Assembly (NCBI GenBank): GCA_963711755.1
Contig: CAVQFK010000003.1
Coordinates: forward strand, 2,793-66,792
Direction of reading: 5' to 3'
Source: an uncultured Actinomycetota bacterium
GTDB taxonomy: Bacteria > Actinomycetota > Actinomycetes > Mycobacteriales > Mycobacteriaceae
Length of the DNA stretch: 64,000 nt
A model generated the notes under the pieces. It had not been told where the DNA came from and did no database searches. It saw nothing but the letters and a program-made list of their open reading frames with translations. Position 1 is the stretch's first letter. The number at the start of each line of letters is the position of its first letter. This document shows, in pieces, positions 43,019-53,139 of the stretch. Both the position numbers and the translations under genes were made by a program.

Positions 43019-45181
43019 ATGGCTGACAAGACGTCAACTTCCCAGGCCGGAGCCGCCCCCACCGCGGACAGTCCGGCCGCCATCCGCAACGTGGTGCTGG
43101 TGGGCCCATCGGGTGGCGGCAAAACGACACTCGTCGAGGCCCTTCTCGTCGCCTCCGGTGTGCTCACCAGACCCGGCTCGGTGGTCGACGGCACCACTGT
43201 GTGCGATTCCGATGAGGCGGAGATCGCCGCGCAGCGCTCGGTCGGGCTGGCGCTGGCGTCGCTGCTGCACGACGGGATCAAGGTCAACCTGATCGACACT
43301 CCCGGCTACGCCGACTTCGTCGGCGAGCTGCGGGCGGGACTGCGGGCCGCGGACTGCGCGCTGTTCGTGATCCCCGCCAACGAAGGTGTCGACGAGCTGA
43401 CCAAGACGCTGTGGATGGAGTGCAGCCAGGTCGGGATGCCGCGCGCGGTGGTGATCACCAAGCTCGACCACGCGCGCGCCAACTACGACAGCGCGCTTGC
43501 CGAGGCGCAGCGGGCGTTCGGCGACAAGGTGCTGCCGCTGTATATCCCCGCCGACTCGCCATGCACCGGGCTGATCGGCCTGCTGTCGCAGACGCACTAC
43601 GAGTACGCCGACGGTAAGCGCACCGGCACCCATGAGCCCGACCCGTCGTACGCCGACGCGATCACCGAACTGCGCGGCACGGTGATCGAGGGAATCATCG
43701 AGGAGTCCGAGGACGAGACGCTGATGGAGCGCTACCTCGGCGGCGAGGAGATCGACCAGTCGGTGCTGATCGACGACCTCGAGAAGGCGGTCGCCAGGGC
43801 GTCGTTCTTCCCGGTGCTCCCGGTGTGCAGCAGCACCGGTGTCGGCACCCTCGAGTTGCTCGAGATCGCCACCAGCGGCTTCCCCGCCCCTGTCGAGCAT
43901 CCGATGCCCGAGGTCTTCACCCCCCAGGGCGGGACCCGCAACGGCGTGGCCTGCGATCCGAGCGGGCCGCTGCTTGCCGAGGTGGTGAAGACGACGTCGG
44001 ATCCGTACGTCGGCAGAGTCAGCCTGGTCCGGGTGTTTTCCGGGACGATAAGGCCCGACGCGACGGTCCACGTGTCGGGCCATTTCGCATCATTTTTCGG
44101 TTCTTCGGAGCACAACGGATCCGCCACCAGCCATGCCGATCACGACGAAGACGAGCGCATCGGCACGCTGTCGTTCCCGCTCGGCAAGCAGCAGCGGCCC
44201 GCGCCGACAGTGGTGGCAGGCGACATCTGCGCCATCGGCAGGCTGAGCCGCGCCGAGACCGGCGACACGCTCTCGGACAAGTCCGAACCCCTCGTGCTCA
44301 AGCCGTGGACCATGCCAGAGCCGCTGCTGCCGATCGCGGTGCAGCCGCGGGCCAAGACCGACGAGGACAAGCTGTCGGTCGGTTTGCAGCGGCTGGCGGC
44401 AGAGGATCCGACGCTGCGAATCGAGCAGAACCCGGAGACTCATCAGATTGTGTTGTGGTGCATGGGCGAGGCCCATTCCGGCGTCGTCCTCGACGCGCTC
44501 TCGCGCCGGTACGGCGTTGCGGTGGACACCGTCGAACTACGAGTACCGCTACGAGAAACGTTCGGCGGCAAGGCAACCGGCAAGGGCCGGCACGTCAAGC
44601 AGTCCGGCGGGCACGGCCAGTACGCGGTCTGCGACATCACCGTGGAGCCGCTGCCGGAGGGTTCGGGGTTCCAGTTCGTCGACAAGGTGGTCGGCGGTGC
44701 GGTGCCGCGCAACTTCATCCCGAGCGTGGCGAAGGGCGTCCGCGCCCAGATGGAAAAGGGTGTCGGCGCGGGCTATCCGATGGTCGACATCCGGGTCACC
44801 CTCTTCGACGGCAAGTCGCACAGCGTGGACTCGTCGGACTACGCGTTCCAGATGGCGGGCGGACTGGCACTGCGCGAGGCGGCCGCGGCGACCAAGGTGA
44901 ACCTGCTCGAACCCGTCGACATGGTGTCGGTGCTGGTGCCCGACGACCTCGTCGGCACGGTGATGGGCGATCTCGCGAGCAGGCGCGGCCGCGTGCTTGG
45001 CACCGAAAAGGTCGGCGAGGACCGCACGATGGTGAAGGCCGAGATTCCAGAAGTCGAACTGACCCGGTACGCGATCGACCTGCGCTCGCTGTCGCATGGC
45101 GCCGGCTCGTTCACCCGCTCGTTCGCACGCTACGAGCCGATGCCGGAATCGGCTGCGTCCAAGGTGAAGGCCGCCGTCTAG
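43019..45181 (+). CDS. fusA2: Elongation factor G-like protein EF-G2
   Basis: GPSGGGKT, DTPGY, TKLD, EDPT, KQSGGHGQY, DSSD.AF, LLEP; Rv0120c-type. Confidence 0.93.
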   Translation: MADKTSTSQAGAAPTADSPAAIRNVVLVGPSGGGKTTLVEALLVASGVLTRPGSVVDGTTVCDSDEAEIAAQRSVGLALASLLHDGIKVNLIDTPGYADFVGELRAGLRAADCALFVIPANEGVDELTKTLWMECSQVGMPRAVVITKLDHARANYDSALAEAQRAFGDKVLPLYIPADSPCTGLIGLLSQTHYEYADGKRTGTHEPDPSYADAITELRGTVIEGIIEESEDETLMERYLGGEEIDQSVLIDDLEKAVARASFFPVLPVCSSTGVGTLELLEIATSGFPAPVEHPMPEVFTPQGGTRNGVACDPSGPLLAEVVKTTSDPYVGRVSLVRVFSGTIRPDATVHVSGHFASFFGSSEHNGSATSHADHDEDERIGTLSFPLGKQQRPAPTVVAGDICAIGRLSRAETGDTLSDKSEPLVLKPWTMPEPLLPIAVQPRAKTDEDKLSVGLQRLAAEDPTLRIEQNPETHQIVLWCMGEAHSGVVLDALSRRYGVAVDTVELRVPLRETFGGKATGKGRHVKQSGGHGQYAVCDITVEPLPEGSGFQFVDKVVGGAVPRNFIPSVAKGVRAQMEKGVGAGYPMVDIRVTLFDGKSHSVDSSDYAFQMAGGLALREAAAATKVNLLEPVDMVSVLVPDDLVGTVMGDLASRRGRVLGTEKVGEDRTMVKAEIPEVELTRYAIDLRSLSHGAGSFTRSFARYEPMPESAASKVKAAV

Positions 45182-45786
45182 GACGACTCGATTCCGAGCG
45201 CGAGTCGGAGCTGGCGCGCCCACCAAAGCACTTGAGCGGTCGAGTCATTCACTGCGGCGCCGGCGAGGCCGGCGCTTCGCCTGAAGGCGCTTCCATATAG
45301 GGCCTCCGTTGCCATCGCTTGGTGCAGGGCCGCGACTGCGAGCCGCGTGTCGTCGACAGAGCTGCCGCGTGGCCGAAGTTGGTGCAGGGCATCTACCACG
45401 GGATCGAGCATGCCGCCGCCTCGGTCGCGCCATCCCGCCGCGTGCAGCGCCACAGCAAGCTCGCCGTAGCCGCGCCGGTACAACGCCTCGAGGGACTCGA
45501 CTAGTTCGAGCAGGTCTGCCCCGTGATCCAGCCACGCTGCGAGGACGTCCTGGAGCGCGGCACGGAGCTGGCGTCCGCCGTGCCGGAGTAGCTCGGCGAG
45601 CAGTTTGTCTCGATTGCCGAAATGGTGCGAAACGCCGGCATCTGTCATACCCACCCGCGCTGCCACCGCGCGCACTTGCACGGCGGCGACGCCTCCCTCG
45701 GTGAGCAGCCGCGCTGCCTCGTCGAGGATCAACCGCCGAGCCTCGTCCGGCGGCCTTCGTGTCCTCGGGAGCGTCATCCTCGGCAT
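45178..45786 (-). CDS. TetR/AcrR family regulator
   Basis: VQVRAVAARVGMTDAGVSHHFGNRDKLL HTH; start 45786 or 45777. Confidence 0.9.
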   Translation of the reverse strand: MPRMTLPRTRRPPDEARRLILDEAARLLTEGGVAAVQVRAVAARVGMTDAGVSHHFGNRDKLLAELLRHGGRQLRAALQDVLAAWLDHGADLLELVESLEALYRRGYGELAVALHAAGWRDRGGGMLDPVVDALHQLRPRGSSVDDTRLAVAALHQAMATEALYGSAFRRSAGLAGAAVNDSTAQVLWWARQLRLALGIESS

Positions 45787-45788
45787 CT

Positions 45789-45840
45789 TACCTTGACACG
45801 CCAAGGCTATCTCCATAGTCTACCTTGACACATCAAGGTA
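45789..45840. promoter_or_regulatory. Tandem TetR operators between tetR and the DUF3237 gene
   Basis: TACCTTGA-caca-TCAAGGTA (45821-40, perfect) and a 16/20 copy at 45789-808. Confidence 0.75.
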
Positions 45841-45851
45841 TGGAGGATCCA

Positions 45852-46301
45852 ATGCTCGACCTCAACACACTTCCGGCCGCAGAGCTCGTCCCCTTGTTCC
45901 GAGGGACGTGGCGGATGGCGGAGTACCGCACGGTGGGCACGACGCCGGCCGGAACGCGAATGATCATCGAAATGCCGGAGGGCCGCATCGAGGGCGATCG
46001 GCTTCAGGGCAGGGTCGTGGGGGCGACGACAGCCGACTGGTTTCTGATCGGACCGGACGGTACCGGCACGATCGACGTTCGCGGTTCCCTCGAGACCGAC
46101 GATGGAGCGGCAATCTATATGCACGGGACCGGGCGGTGCGACATGCGCGGCGGGGTCGGCGCGGCCGGGGTGCTTTACGGCGCACCGATTTTCGAAACCG
46201 GCGACGAGCGGTACGCCTGGCTCAACCGGGTCCAAGCCGTGTTCCGCGGCGTGGTCGGCGAGGACGGCATGTTCTACGACGAGTATTTCGAGCTGCGGTG
46301 A
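45852..46301 (+). CDS. DUF3237 family protein
   Basis: GTTPAGTR, G.IEGDRLQG, DWFL, DVR..LETDDGA.IY, FETGDERYAWLN; GGAGGA RBS. Confidence 0.88.
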   Translation: MLDLNTLPAAELVPLFRGTWRMAEYRTVGTTPAGTRMIIEMPEGRIEGDRLQGRVVGATTADWFLIGPDGTGTIDVRGSLETDDGAAIYMHGTGRCDMRGGVGAAGVLYGAPIFETGDERYAWLNRVQAVFRGVVGEDGMFYDEYFELR

Positions 46302-46419
46302 CGATGCCGGTCGCGAGCGCGCTATGGGGGTTAACCGTAATCGCCGGTTCGGGTTTACCGTCACCAGCTTGGAGGCCAGCCAGGCAGACTGGGCCAATGC
46401 ACTGCACAAGACTTGAACC

Positions 46420-47037
46420 GTGTTCGGGGACAAGAAGTTTGCAGAGGCGGAGTTGACAGCACGGTTCGAGCGGGACGCGGTACCGCTGCTCGACGGACTA
46501 TACCGGCAGGCGTTCAAATTGACGCGCGATCACGCAGATGCCGAAGACCTGATTCAAGACACCGCGGCGAAGGCGTTCGTCGGGTTTCACACCTACCGCG
46601 ACGGCACCAACCTCGGTGGCTGGCTGTACCGGATCTTGCTCAACAGCCACATCACCAACTACCGCAAACGCCAGCGGACTCCGGCCTATCTGCTGACCGA
46701 GGAGATCACCGATGGTCAGATGGCGGCCCAGGCCAGGCATTCCGCCAGCGGCCTCCGGTCCGCGGAGGATCAGGTGCTGGCCTCGCTCGGGGACACCGAC
46801 GTTGCCCTGGCAATGCGCGCGCTACCCGAGAAGTTGCGCACCGCGGTGTATTACGCCGACATCGAGGGTCTGCGGTGCAAGGAGATCGCCGAACTCACCG
46901 ACGTCCCGCTCGGGACGGTGATGTCGCGGGTGCACCGTGGCCGGCGACGGCTGCGACTCGCGCTGACCGGTGTCGCAGAAGAGCGTGGCTACCACCGCAG
47001 CGACGAGCTCACCGTGGCGGGTCGCCGCGCCAGCTGA
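46420..47037 (+). CDS. ECF sigma factor, SigH/SigR-like paralog
   Basis: RFERDAVPLLD.LY, DAEDLIQDT, GTNL.GWLYRIL, RSAED, GTVMSRVHRGR. Confidence 0.9.
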   Translation: MFGDKKFAEAELTARFERDAVPLLDGLYRQAFKLTRDHADAEDLIQDTAAKAFVGFHTYRDGTNLGGWLYRILLNSHITNYRKRQRTPAYLLTEEITDGQMAAQARHSASGLRSAEDQVLASLGDTDVALAMRALPEKLRTAVYYADIEGLRCKEIAELTDVPLGTVMSRVHRGRRRLRLALTGVAEERGYHRSDELTVAGRRAS

Positions 47038-47740
47038 AGCTGTTCACGTATTTGCCCATGTCCAAAGCGATTTGGAGGTTCGCGCCGGACGGCTTGCCGA
47101 TTCCGGAGTCCGGGCCGAACTGATGGAACGGGCCGACCGCTGCGGCCACCAGTGCAAGGTCGTTCTTCACCGCCACCATCACGATCACGCGCATCCTCAG
47201 ATAGCTGCTGTTGGCGCCCTGCGGCCAGCAGTCGGCGACCTTGCCGTACCCGGTGTGGTACCCGACCATTGCATTGGGGATCTCATAGGCGGTGCGGGTG
47301 TCCGGGAAGGTCTCGTTGACCAGCGCCGTCGCGATGTCCTGTGGAGACCGGTTGGCCGCAGGCTGGCTGAACAACTGAAGCGTGCCGCCGTCGCCGCCAA
47401 GGAAATCCGCTGTCACCCCATTGGGTTTCGTGGTGATCCGGTACGCGGTGCCCTCCGCGGGATACGACACCGAGAACGTCCCGTCGGCGGCGGTGAAGCG
47501 CGGATTGATCTCGACCGGCGTACCCGTCGGCGGCCGCCCACAGTCCGGCGGGCACATGTAGCGCACCGGCGGCTTGGCGATCAACGCCGAAACCCCGACC
47601 AACGTCGCCGCGATCACCGCGATCGCAAGGACCCACGTCAACACCAACCCGGTACGCGACGTGCGACGCACAGGAGGGGCGGCATACTGCCCCGCAGGCA
47701 CCGCGTAACCCGGGAAGAAGTCAGGTGCTGGATTGGTCAC
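47009..47740 (-). CDS. Single-TM protein with a Cys-containing extracellular domain
   Basis: TM, then YMCPPDCGRPP, FSVSYP, YEIPNAMVGY, DMGKYVNSFSW; coupled to the upstream gene. Confidence 0.75.
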   Translation of the reverse strand: MTNPAPDFFPGYAVPAGQYAAPPVRRTSRTGLVLTWVLAIAVIAATLVGVSALIAKPPVRYMCPPDCGRPPTGTPVEINPRFTAADGTFSVSYPAEGTAYRITTKPNGVTADFLGGDGGTLQLFSQPAANRSPQDIATALVNETFPDTRTAYEIPNAMVGYHTGYGKVADCWPQGANSSYLRMRVIVMVAVKNDLALVAAAVGPFHQFGPDSGIGKPSGANLQIALDMGKYVNSFSWRGDPPR

Positions 47741-48948
47741 GGCCCCTCCGGCTCCGCCTGGCTACGCACCGGCCGGGCCTCGCGCCGGGCCTTTCTCGAC
47801 GACCGCGACGACGCGCGCGTTGCCACCCCGCAGGCCGGACAGAACGCCATATCGGGCACGACGTGTCCGCAGTGCGCGCACAGCAGCGGCTCATCGGACT
47901 GGATCTCGTCGTGCGCTTCATGCAGCAAGGCCAGGTGCAGACCGATCCGCAGTAAGAGCAACGCGACCATGGCCAAGACCAAGTACAGAACCAGCATCAG
48001 CAGCTGCGGAAAATGCGCGACGTCGATCAGGCCCAGCGACACGTACACCACCAGCACGGCGGCGGCGAACAGCACCAGCATCAGACGGACGACGCCGGGG
48101 TGCTGATGCTCCTTGCTCGGCGGCCTGCGGAACCACAGCGCCGCGCCGACCAACCCGCCCGCCGCCATGGCCGTCAACGGCACCGCAAATCCCCTGATGC
48201 CCGCCTCGACCATCAGGCTCTCCATCGGCCGCTTGCTCACCACGCCGGTGCCGAATTGCGGGGCCAACCGCGTCAGTGTCGCCGCGGCGGTGAACGAGAG
48301 TGCACCGAGCGCGCCAATCACGAAGCCGTCGAGCGCTTCTCGCGACGGCGGCCGCAACAGCCGCACGATCACCGCGGGCATCAACATCAGGATCACCCCG
48401 CCAAGCGGGATGCCGATGCCGTCGCGAAGCATTCTGGCGCCGACGACCCCGCTGCCAAGCGCGATGCCGTAGGAACGCGCCACCGCCGCGCCGGTCAGCA
48501 GCACCCAGCCGACGGCCAGCCCGATGCCGAGCGCCACGGTGAGCACCAAGATGACGGACGGGTAGTCGCGGAATGCGTCGGTCTCGCGCAGGTAGATGAT
48601 GAACAGGAAAGGCAGGCCCAGCGCGGAGACCGTGACCAGCGCCGCGGGTAGGCGCAGGAACGTGAAGGCGATCAACGCCACCAGCACCGCAGCAAGCCCC
48701 AGCCGGAACGCGGTCCTCGACCGTGTCGGCAGTTGGGGGAACAGCGAACTCGTGAGCGCGGGCAGCAGCAGGTGTTCGCCCCGCGCGGCGCCGTAGTCAC
48801 TGATGCGCAACCATTCGGGGCCATCCCCCGGCCGCGAGGTCAGGTGACAACCGCACAGCCCGCAGAATTCGCCTGCGGGAACGTCGGTCTGACAGATCCG
48901 GCACTCCATCACCGGAACGGTCTCGTCGGCTTCGGGCCCGGTACTCAT
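47737..48948 (-). CDS. Zinc-ribbon-flanked PrsW-like membrane protein
   Basis: CRIC...FCGLCG at the N-terminus, CAHCGH...FCPACG at the C-terminus, about 9 TM including REALDGFVIGALGALSF. Confidence 0.78.
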   Translation of the reverse strand: MSTGPEADETVPVMECRICQTDVPAGEFCGLCGCHLTSRPGDGPEWLRISDYGAARGEHLLLPALTSSLFPQLPTRSRTAFRLGLAAVLVALIAFTFLRLPAALVTVSALGLPFLFIIYLRETDAFRDYPSVILVLTVALGIGLAVGWVLLTGAAVARSYGIALGSGVVGARMLRDGIGIPLGGVILMLMPAVIVRLLRPPSREALDGFVIGALGALSFTAAATLTRLAPQFGTGVVSKRPMESLMVEAGIRGFAVPLTAMAAGGLVGAALWFRRPPSKEHQHPGVVRLMLVLFAAAVLVVYVSLGLIDVAHFPQLLMLVLYLVLAMVALLLLRIGLHLALLHEAHDEIQSDEPLLCAHCGHVVPDMAFCPACGVATRASSRSSRKARREARPVRSQAEPEGP

Positions 48949-50534
48949 GGTGCCGTCCTCTGGAAGATGAGCAAGTTGCGGACCAGGTTGTCGACGTCGG
49001 GAGTGCCGAGCCCGGTCGCCATGTCATAGCCGGGGCCCGCGTCGGCCACCGCGTTACCGCCAAGGGTGACGTCGCGGAACGCGGGCAGCGGCGCCCCTTC
49101 GGCGATGCGGTACAGCAGCGGGTTGAGGTCGCCGATCAACCGCCCGCCGTTCGATGTCAGGTACTGGTTCATGATCGCGGCAAGCCCGGCCCAGATCGGG
49201 GCCGACTGCGACGTGCCGCCGCCGACCACCTGCTGGCCCTTGAAGATGATCTGCACCCCGGTGAACGGGTCGGCCACGGCCGAGACGTCAGGGGTCAGCC
49301 TGCGGTTGGGGTCCTGATCGGGCAGCACCCCCCGCTGCCACTCGGGCCGCTCGAAGAGTGCGGAAACGCCACCGCCGGTGCCGATGGACAGCGGCACGTC
49401 GAACCACGCCTGCTCGGAAAGCCAGACGCCCTTCGCATCGGTCGACAGCGTGGTGCCGCCGACGTCGACCATCTCGGGCAGCGACGCGACCGAATCCAGC
49501 CCGATATCGGAGTTTCCCGGCGGGGACGACCAGTCGTCGCCGCCTTTGCACTCGAGGCCGGCAAGGTCGCCGCTGGCGTTGAACGCTGTGGTGCCGTGTG
49601 TCAGCGCCGTCGCAAGGGCCGACCGGACCGGCGCCAGGTCCGCGGCGGTGAGCAGTTTGTCGCAACCCCATCCGATCGAGAAGCTCCACACCGCGCCGGG
49701 AAAGTCCGCATCGGCCGAGGCGAACATCTGCCCGATCTTCTCGAAGGTGCCGTCTCCTTCGACCGTCGGCCGTGCGTTGATCACGACCTTGCGCGCGTCG
49801 GGCGCAATCGCGTGGGCGACTTCCAGGTCCATCGTGGTCTCGCCGCGGGGCGGCGCGGGCTGCCCGCCGACGACGGTCGGGGTGAACTGCGGCAGTCCGT
49901 AGGTGGAGGCGAACTGGTCGAGGTCGGCCTGCTCGAAGCCGTCGAACGCGAAGAACACGATCGTCGTGCCCTTGCCGGTAAACCCGCCGGCCGCAAGGCG
50001 GTCGGCGTTGTACGTGCTCAGCAGCGCGGCCGGGGTGAGGCCCTTGTCAGGCACATCGGCTGGAATGAAGTCGGGACGCGACATGTGGTGCGGCACGTAG
50101 CCGAGGATCCTGCCGAGCTCGGCGACCTCGGTGCGCACCTGGTCGGGCACCGCGGGCTGTTGCGGCGACGCGTAGAACACCTGGCCCTTCTGGCCCCGGT
50201 AGTCATGCACGTCCACGCCGAACGCGCTGGACACCCGTTCCGCCGCGCCTTCGACGATGGCCCAATCCTCACCGACGGACCACCGCACCGCCAAGCCGTT
50301 GTCGCGCGCCCAGCCGTACAGCGCGTCGGGCCGGCCCGACTCGTGCAGCATCGCCGTCAACTGGGTGTCTGGGCGGTGCGAAGGACCGAGATCGGCCGAA
50401 CTGGCCAACAGGTACGAGTACGGTCCGCCGATCGCGCCCGCGTTTGACAGCACGGCGGCGGGACGAAGGTCGGAGACAAGCACCAACACCCCGGCCGCGA
50501 TCAACGCGAGCGCACCAACATGCCGTGCAGCCAC
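48945..50534 (-). CDS. S53 (sedolisin/kumamolisin) serine-carboxyl peptidase
   Basis: Signal and prodomain; GETTMDLE (E-x3-D), ASGD, PDVSA, GGTSQSAP, GYDMATGLGTP. Confidence 0.92.
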   Translation of the reverse strand: MAARHVGALALIAAGVLVLVSDLRPAAVLSNAGAIGGPYSYLLASSADLGPSHRPDTQLTAMLHESGRPDALYGWARDNGLAVRWSVGEDWAIVEGAAERVSSAFGVDVHDYRGQKGQVFYASPQQPAVPDQVRTEVAELGRILGYVPHHMSRPDFIPADVPDKGLTPAALLSTYNADRLAAGGFTGKGTTIVFFAFDGFEQADLDQFASTYGLPQFTPTVVGGQPAPPRGETTMDLEVAHAIAPDARKVVINARPTVEGDGTFEKIGQMFASADADFPGAVWSFSIGWGCDKLLTAADLAPVRSALATALTHGTTAFNASGDLAGLECKGGDDWSSPPGNSDIGLDSVASLPEMVDVGGTTLSTDAKGVWLSEQAWFDVPLSIGTGGGVSALFERPEWQRGVLPDQDPNRRLTPDVSAVADPFTGVQIIFKGQQVVGGGTSQSAPIWAGLAAIMNQYLTSNGGRLIGDLNPLLYRIAEGAPLPAFRDVTLGGNAVADAGPGYDMATGLGTPDVDNLVRNLLIFQRTAP

Positions 50535-50571
50535 GGACGCCAGAGTACGTCCGAGTGAGCCCGGCGTGCTG

Positions 50572-50835
50572 CTAGTTATCGCCAGGTGGCGCCGTCGGCG
50601 CCGGCGGAGCGATCACTGTCGGTGAGAACGGGTTCGGCTGACCGGGATCGAGGCGCGGGGCCTTCTCGGTCGGCTCGACCGGCGGCGCCGTCGTAGTCGT
50701 CGTCGTGGTGGTCGTCGTGGTTTCCTCGGGTGCGGGCTCTTCCTCCTGCGCACAAGCGCTCAGCACGCCCATGGCGATAACCGCGCCCAAACCGGCGGTA
50801 GCAGCGAGACGGCGAGCCCTTCGGCCTGACCTCAT
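50572..50835 (-). CDS. Small Thr/Pro-rich lipoprotein (paralog A)
   Basis: Lipobox LSAC, poly-Thr, Pro-rich tail; AGGA RBS; paralog at 58308. Confidence 0.85.
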   Translation of the reverse strand: MRSGRRARRLAATAGLGAVIAMGVLSACAQEEEPAPEETTTTTTTTTTTAPPVEPTEKAPRLDPGQPNPFSPTVIAPPAPTAPPGDN

Positions 50836-50949
50836 TTTCCAGTCCTATCTGTCCCGACGAATTCCAGCTGCCTTCAAGATCGCCGCTGGCCATCGGAACT
50901 CTAATCGAATGTCACAGCAAGTGCAGAGTGTTCACAAAGCCGTTATCCG

Positions 50950-52053
50950 TTACACATCGTCAACCGGGCCCGCTCCCGCGGCGGCGTGCGTACGGGCGAT
51001 CGTCGGCTCCGGGTACCCGGCGTCGTCCACCGCCCTTCGCACCGCGCCGCTGACGACGTCGACCCGGTCGGCGGGCACGAGCGCGATCACACATCCACCG
51101 AACCCGCCTCCCGTCATCCTGGCGCCGAGCGCGCCTGCGCGCACCGCGGTGTCGGCGATCAGATCGATGTGATCGGTGGTGATCTCGAAGTCGTCGCGCA
51201 TAGAGGCCTGCGATGCGGTCAGCAGCCGTCCCACCGCAGCGAAGTCGGAACCTTGAAGCGCGGCAACCACTTCGATCACCCTCTGGTTGTCGGTCAGGAT
51301 GTGCCGCGCACGGCGCGCGTCGACGGGGTCGCTGACCGCGCCAAGGACACCGACGCCACTGTCCTGCACCTCACGCAGCGAGCCGACGCCGAGGTCGGCC
51401 GCCGCCCGTTCGCATGACGCCCGCCGCGACGCGTACTCGCCGCCCGCATGCCGGTGTGGTGCGCGGGAATTGATGAGCAACAACGCGATTCCCGCCGCGT
51501 CGGGGTCGAACACCACCGGCCGCACCGACGACACCAGAAAGTCGATCAACAACGCCCGCCGCGGCTCTCCGCACAGCGAGGCCAGCTGATCCATCATTCC
51601 CGTCGGCGCTCCGACGTAGTCGTTCTCGGCGCGTTGCGCGATGCGGGCCGACTCGATGCGGTCCAGCCCAAGGCCGGTGGCGCTGGTGAGCGCGCCGAGA
51701 ACAGCGCATTCCAGTGCCGCCGACGACGAAACACCCGAGCCCATCTCGACGTCGCTGGAAATCGACATGGTTCCGCCGACCACGCGGTGACCGACTTCTC
51801 GCAACGACCACACCATGCCGGCCACATAGGCGGCCCAGCCGGACACGTCGCCGGGGGAAGTGCCGAGTCCGATCGTGACCTCGCCGCCCTCGCGATCGCT
51901 GCGCACGGTGAGCGCCGCGCTCTCGTCGGGATCGAACGTCACGGCCGTGCGTTCGGGCAGTGCGATCGGCAACGCGAAGCCCAGGTTGTAGTCGGTGTGC
52001 TCGCCGATCAGATTGATCCGGCCGGGCGCCTCATATCGAATCGGGTTCCCCAC
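50950..52053 (-). CDS. galK: Galactokinase
   Basis: [42 protein letters not shown]. Confidence 0.96.
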   Translation of the reverse strand: MGNPIRYEAPGRINLIGEHTDYNLGFALPIALPERTAVTFDPDESAALTVRSDREGGEVTIGLGTSPGDVSGWAAYVAGMVWSLREVGHRVVGGTMSISSDVEMGSGVSSSAALECAVLGALTSATGLGLDRIESARIAQRAENDYVGAPTGMMDQLASLCGEPRRALLIDFLVSSVRPVVFDPDAAGIALLLINSRAPHRHAGGEYASRRASCERAAADLGVGSLREVQDSGVGVLGAVSDPVDARRARHILTDNQRVIEVVAALQGSDFAAVGRLLTASQASMRDDFEITTDHIDLIADTAVRAGALGARMTGGGFGGCVIALVPADRVDVVSGAVRRAVDDAGYPEPTIARTHAAAGAGPVDDV

Positions 52054-53139
52054 CTACAGCCCCCGAAGGAGCTGAGCGACGCTTTCGGGCGCGACGTCGC
52101 TGATGAACACGTCCATCGCGGACTCGGAGCCCGCGAGGAACTTCAGCTTGGTGGCGCTGCGGCGCACGGACATCAGCTCGACGTGGAAGTAGCCCTCGCG
52201 CTGGCGGTCGGTGTCCGCGTACTGGTGCAGCGCCGAGATGTACGGCAGCGCAGTCGGGTACATGCGGTCGAACTTGCCGAGCACATCGAGGTAGATCCGC
52301 GCGAAGTCGGCCATCTCGGCGTCGGTGAGTTCAATCAGGTTGTGCACGAACCGGTTCGGATAGATGTGGACCTCGACGGGCCAGCGCGCGGCGAACGGCA
52401 CGAACGCGGTGAACAGCTCGGAGCTGGCGACGATGCGGCTGCCGTCGGCCACCTCGTGCGCGAGGATGTCGGCGAACAGGTTTCGACCCGTACGCCGCGC
52501 ATGTGCGCTCGCCTGGCCGAGCATGACCGCGGCACGCGGCGGCAGAAACGGATAGCCGTAGATCTGACCGTGCGGATGGGTCAGTGTCACGCCGATCTCC
52601 TCGCCGCGGTTCTCGAAGCAGAACACATGCTCGATTCCTGGGCGCGCCATCAGATCCGCGGTGCGATGGCGCCATGCCTCGGCTACCAGACGGGCGTGCG
52701 GCAATTCGAGTTCGGCGAACGAGCCGGTGTGGTGACTGGAGAAGCAGATGACCTCGCAACGGCCGTGACCGGGCGCCGCAAGGAACTGCTCACCGTCGAC
52801 CGGCGGCAGAGCGAACGATGCGCTATCCGCACCGGACAGGCTCGGGAAACGGTTCTCGAAAACCGCGACGTCGTAGTCGGGCGCCGGTATCTCACTGGTC
52901 ACCCCGGTCGGTCCGGGGCACAGCGGGCACTGATCGGGCGGGGGCTTGTATGTCCGGTCCTGGCGCAGCGCGGCGATGATCACCCACTGACCCGTCTGCC
53001 GGTCAAACCGCAACTGGGACTGGCGATCTGGCCGTTCACCGAGCGGGCGCCTATCGGCGACCGGTGAAGGGGTGCGGCCGGGCAACGAGAAGAAAAGCAG
53101 GTCGCGTCCGTCGGCCAGCTCCCAGCGGATCGGGTTCAT
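52054..53139 (-). CDS. galT: Galactose-1-phosphate uridylyltransferase
   Basis: RQDRT..P, CPLCP, FENRFP, FENRG..IGVTL.HPHGQ. Confidence 0.95.
   Translation of the reverse strand: MNPIRWELADGRDLLFFSLPGRTPSPVADRRPLGERPDRQSQLRFDRQTGQWVIIAALRQDRTYKPPPDQCPLCPGPTGVTSEIPAPDYDVAVFENRFPSLSGADSASFALPPVDGEQFLAAPGHGRCEVICFSSHHTGSFAELELPHARLVAEAWRHRTADLMARPGIEHVFCFENRGEEIGVTLTHPHGQIYGYPFLPPRAAVMLGQASAHARRTGRNLFADILAHEVADGSRIVASSELFTAFVPFAARWPVEVHIYPNRFVHNLIELTDAEMADFARIYLDVLGKFDRMYPTALPYISALHQYADTDRQREGYFHVELMSVRRSATKLKFLAGSESAMDVFISDVAPESVAQLLRGL

Noticed and set aside
51448-53067. 539-aa plus-strand ORF over galK/galT
   Set aside because: Antisense shadow ORF with no recognisable motifs.
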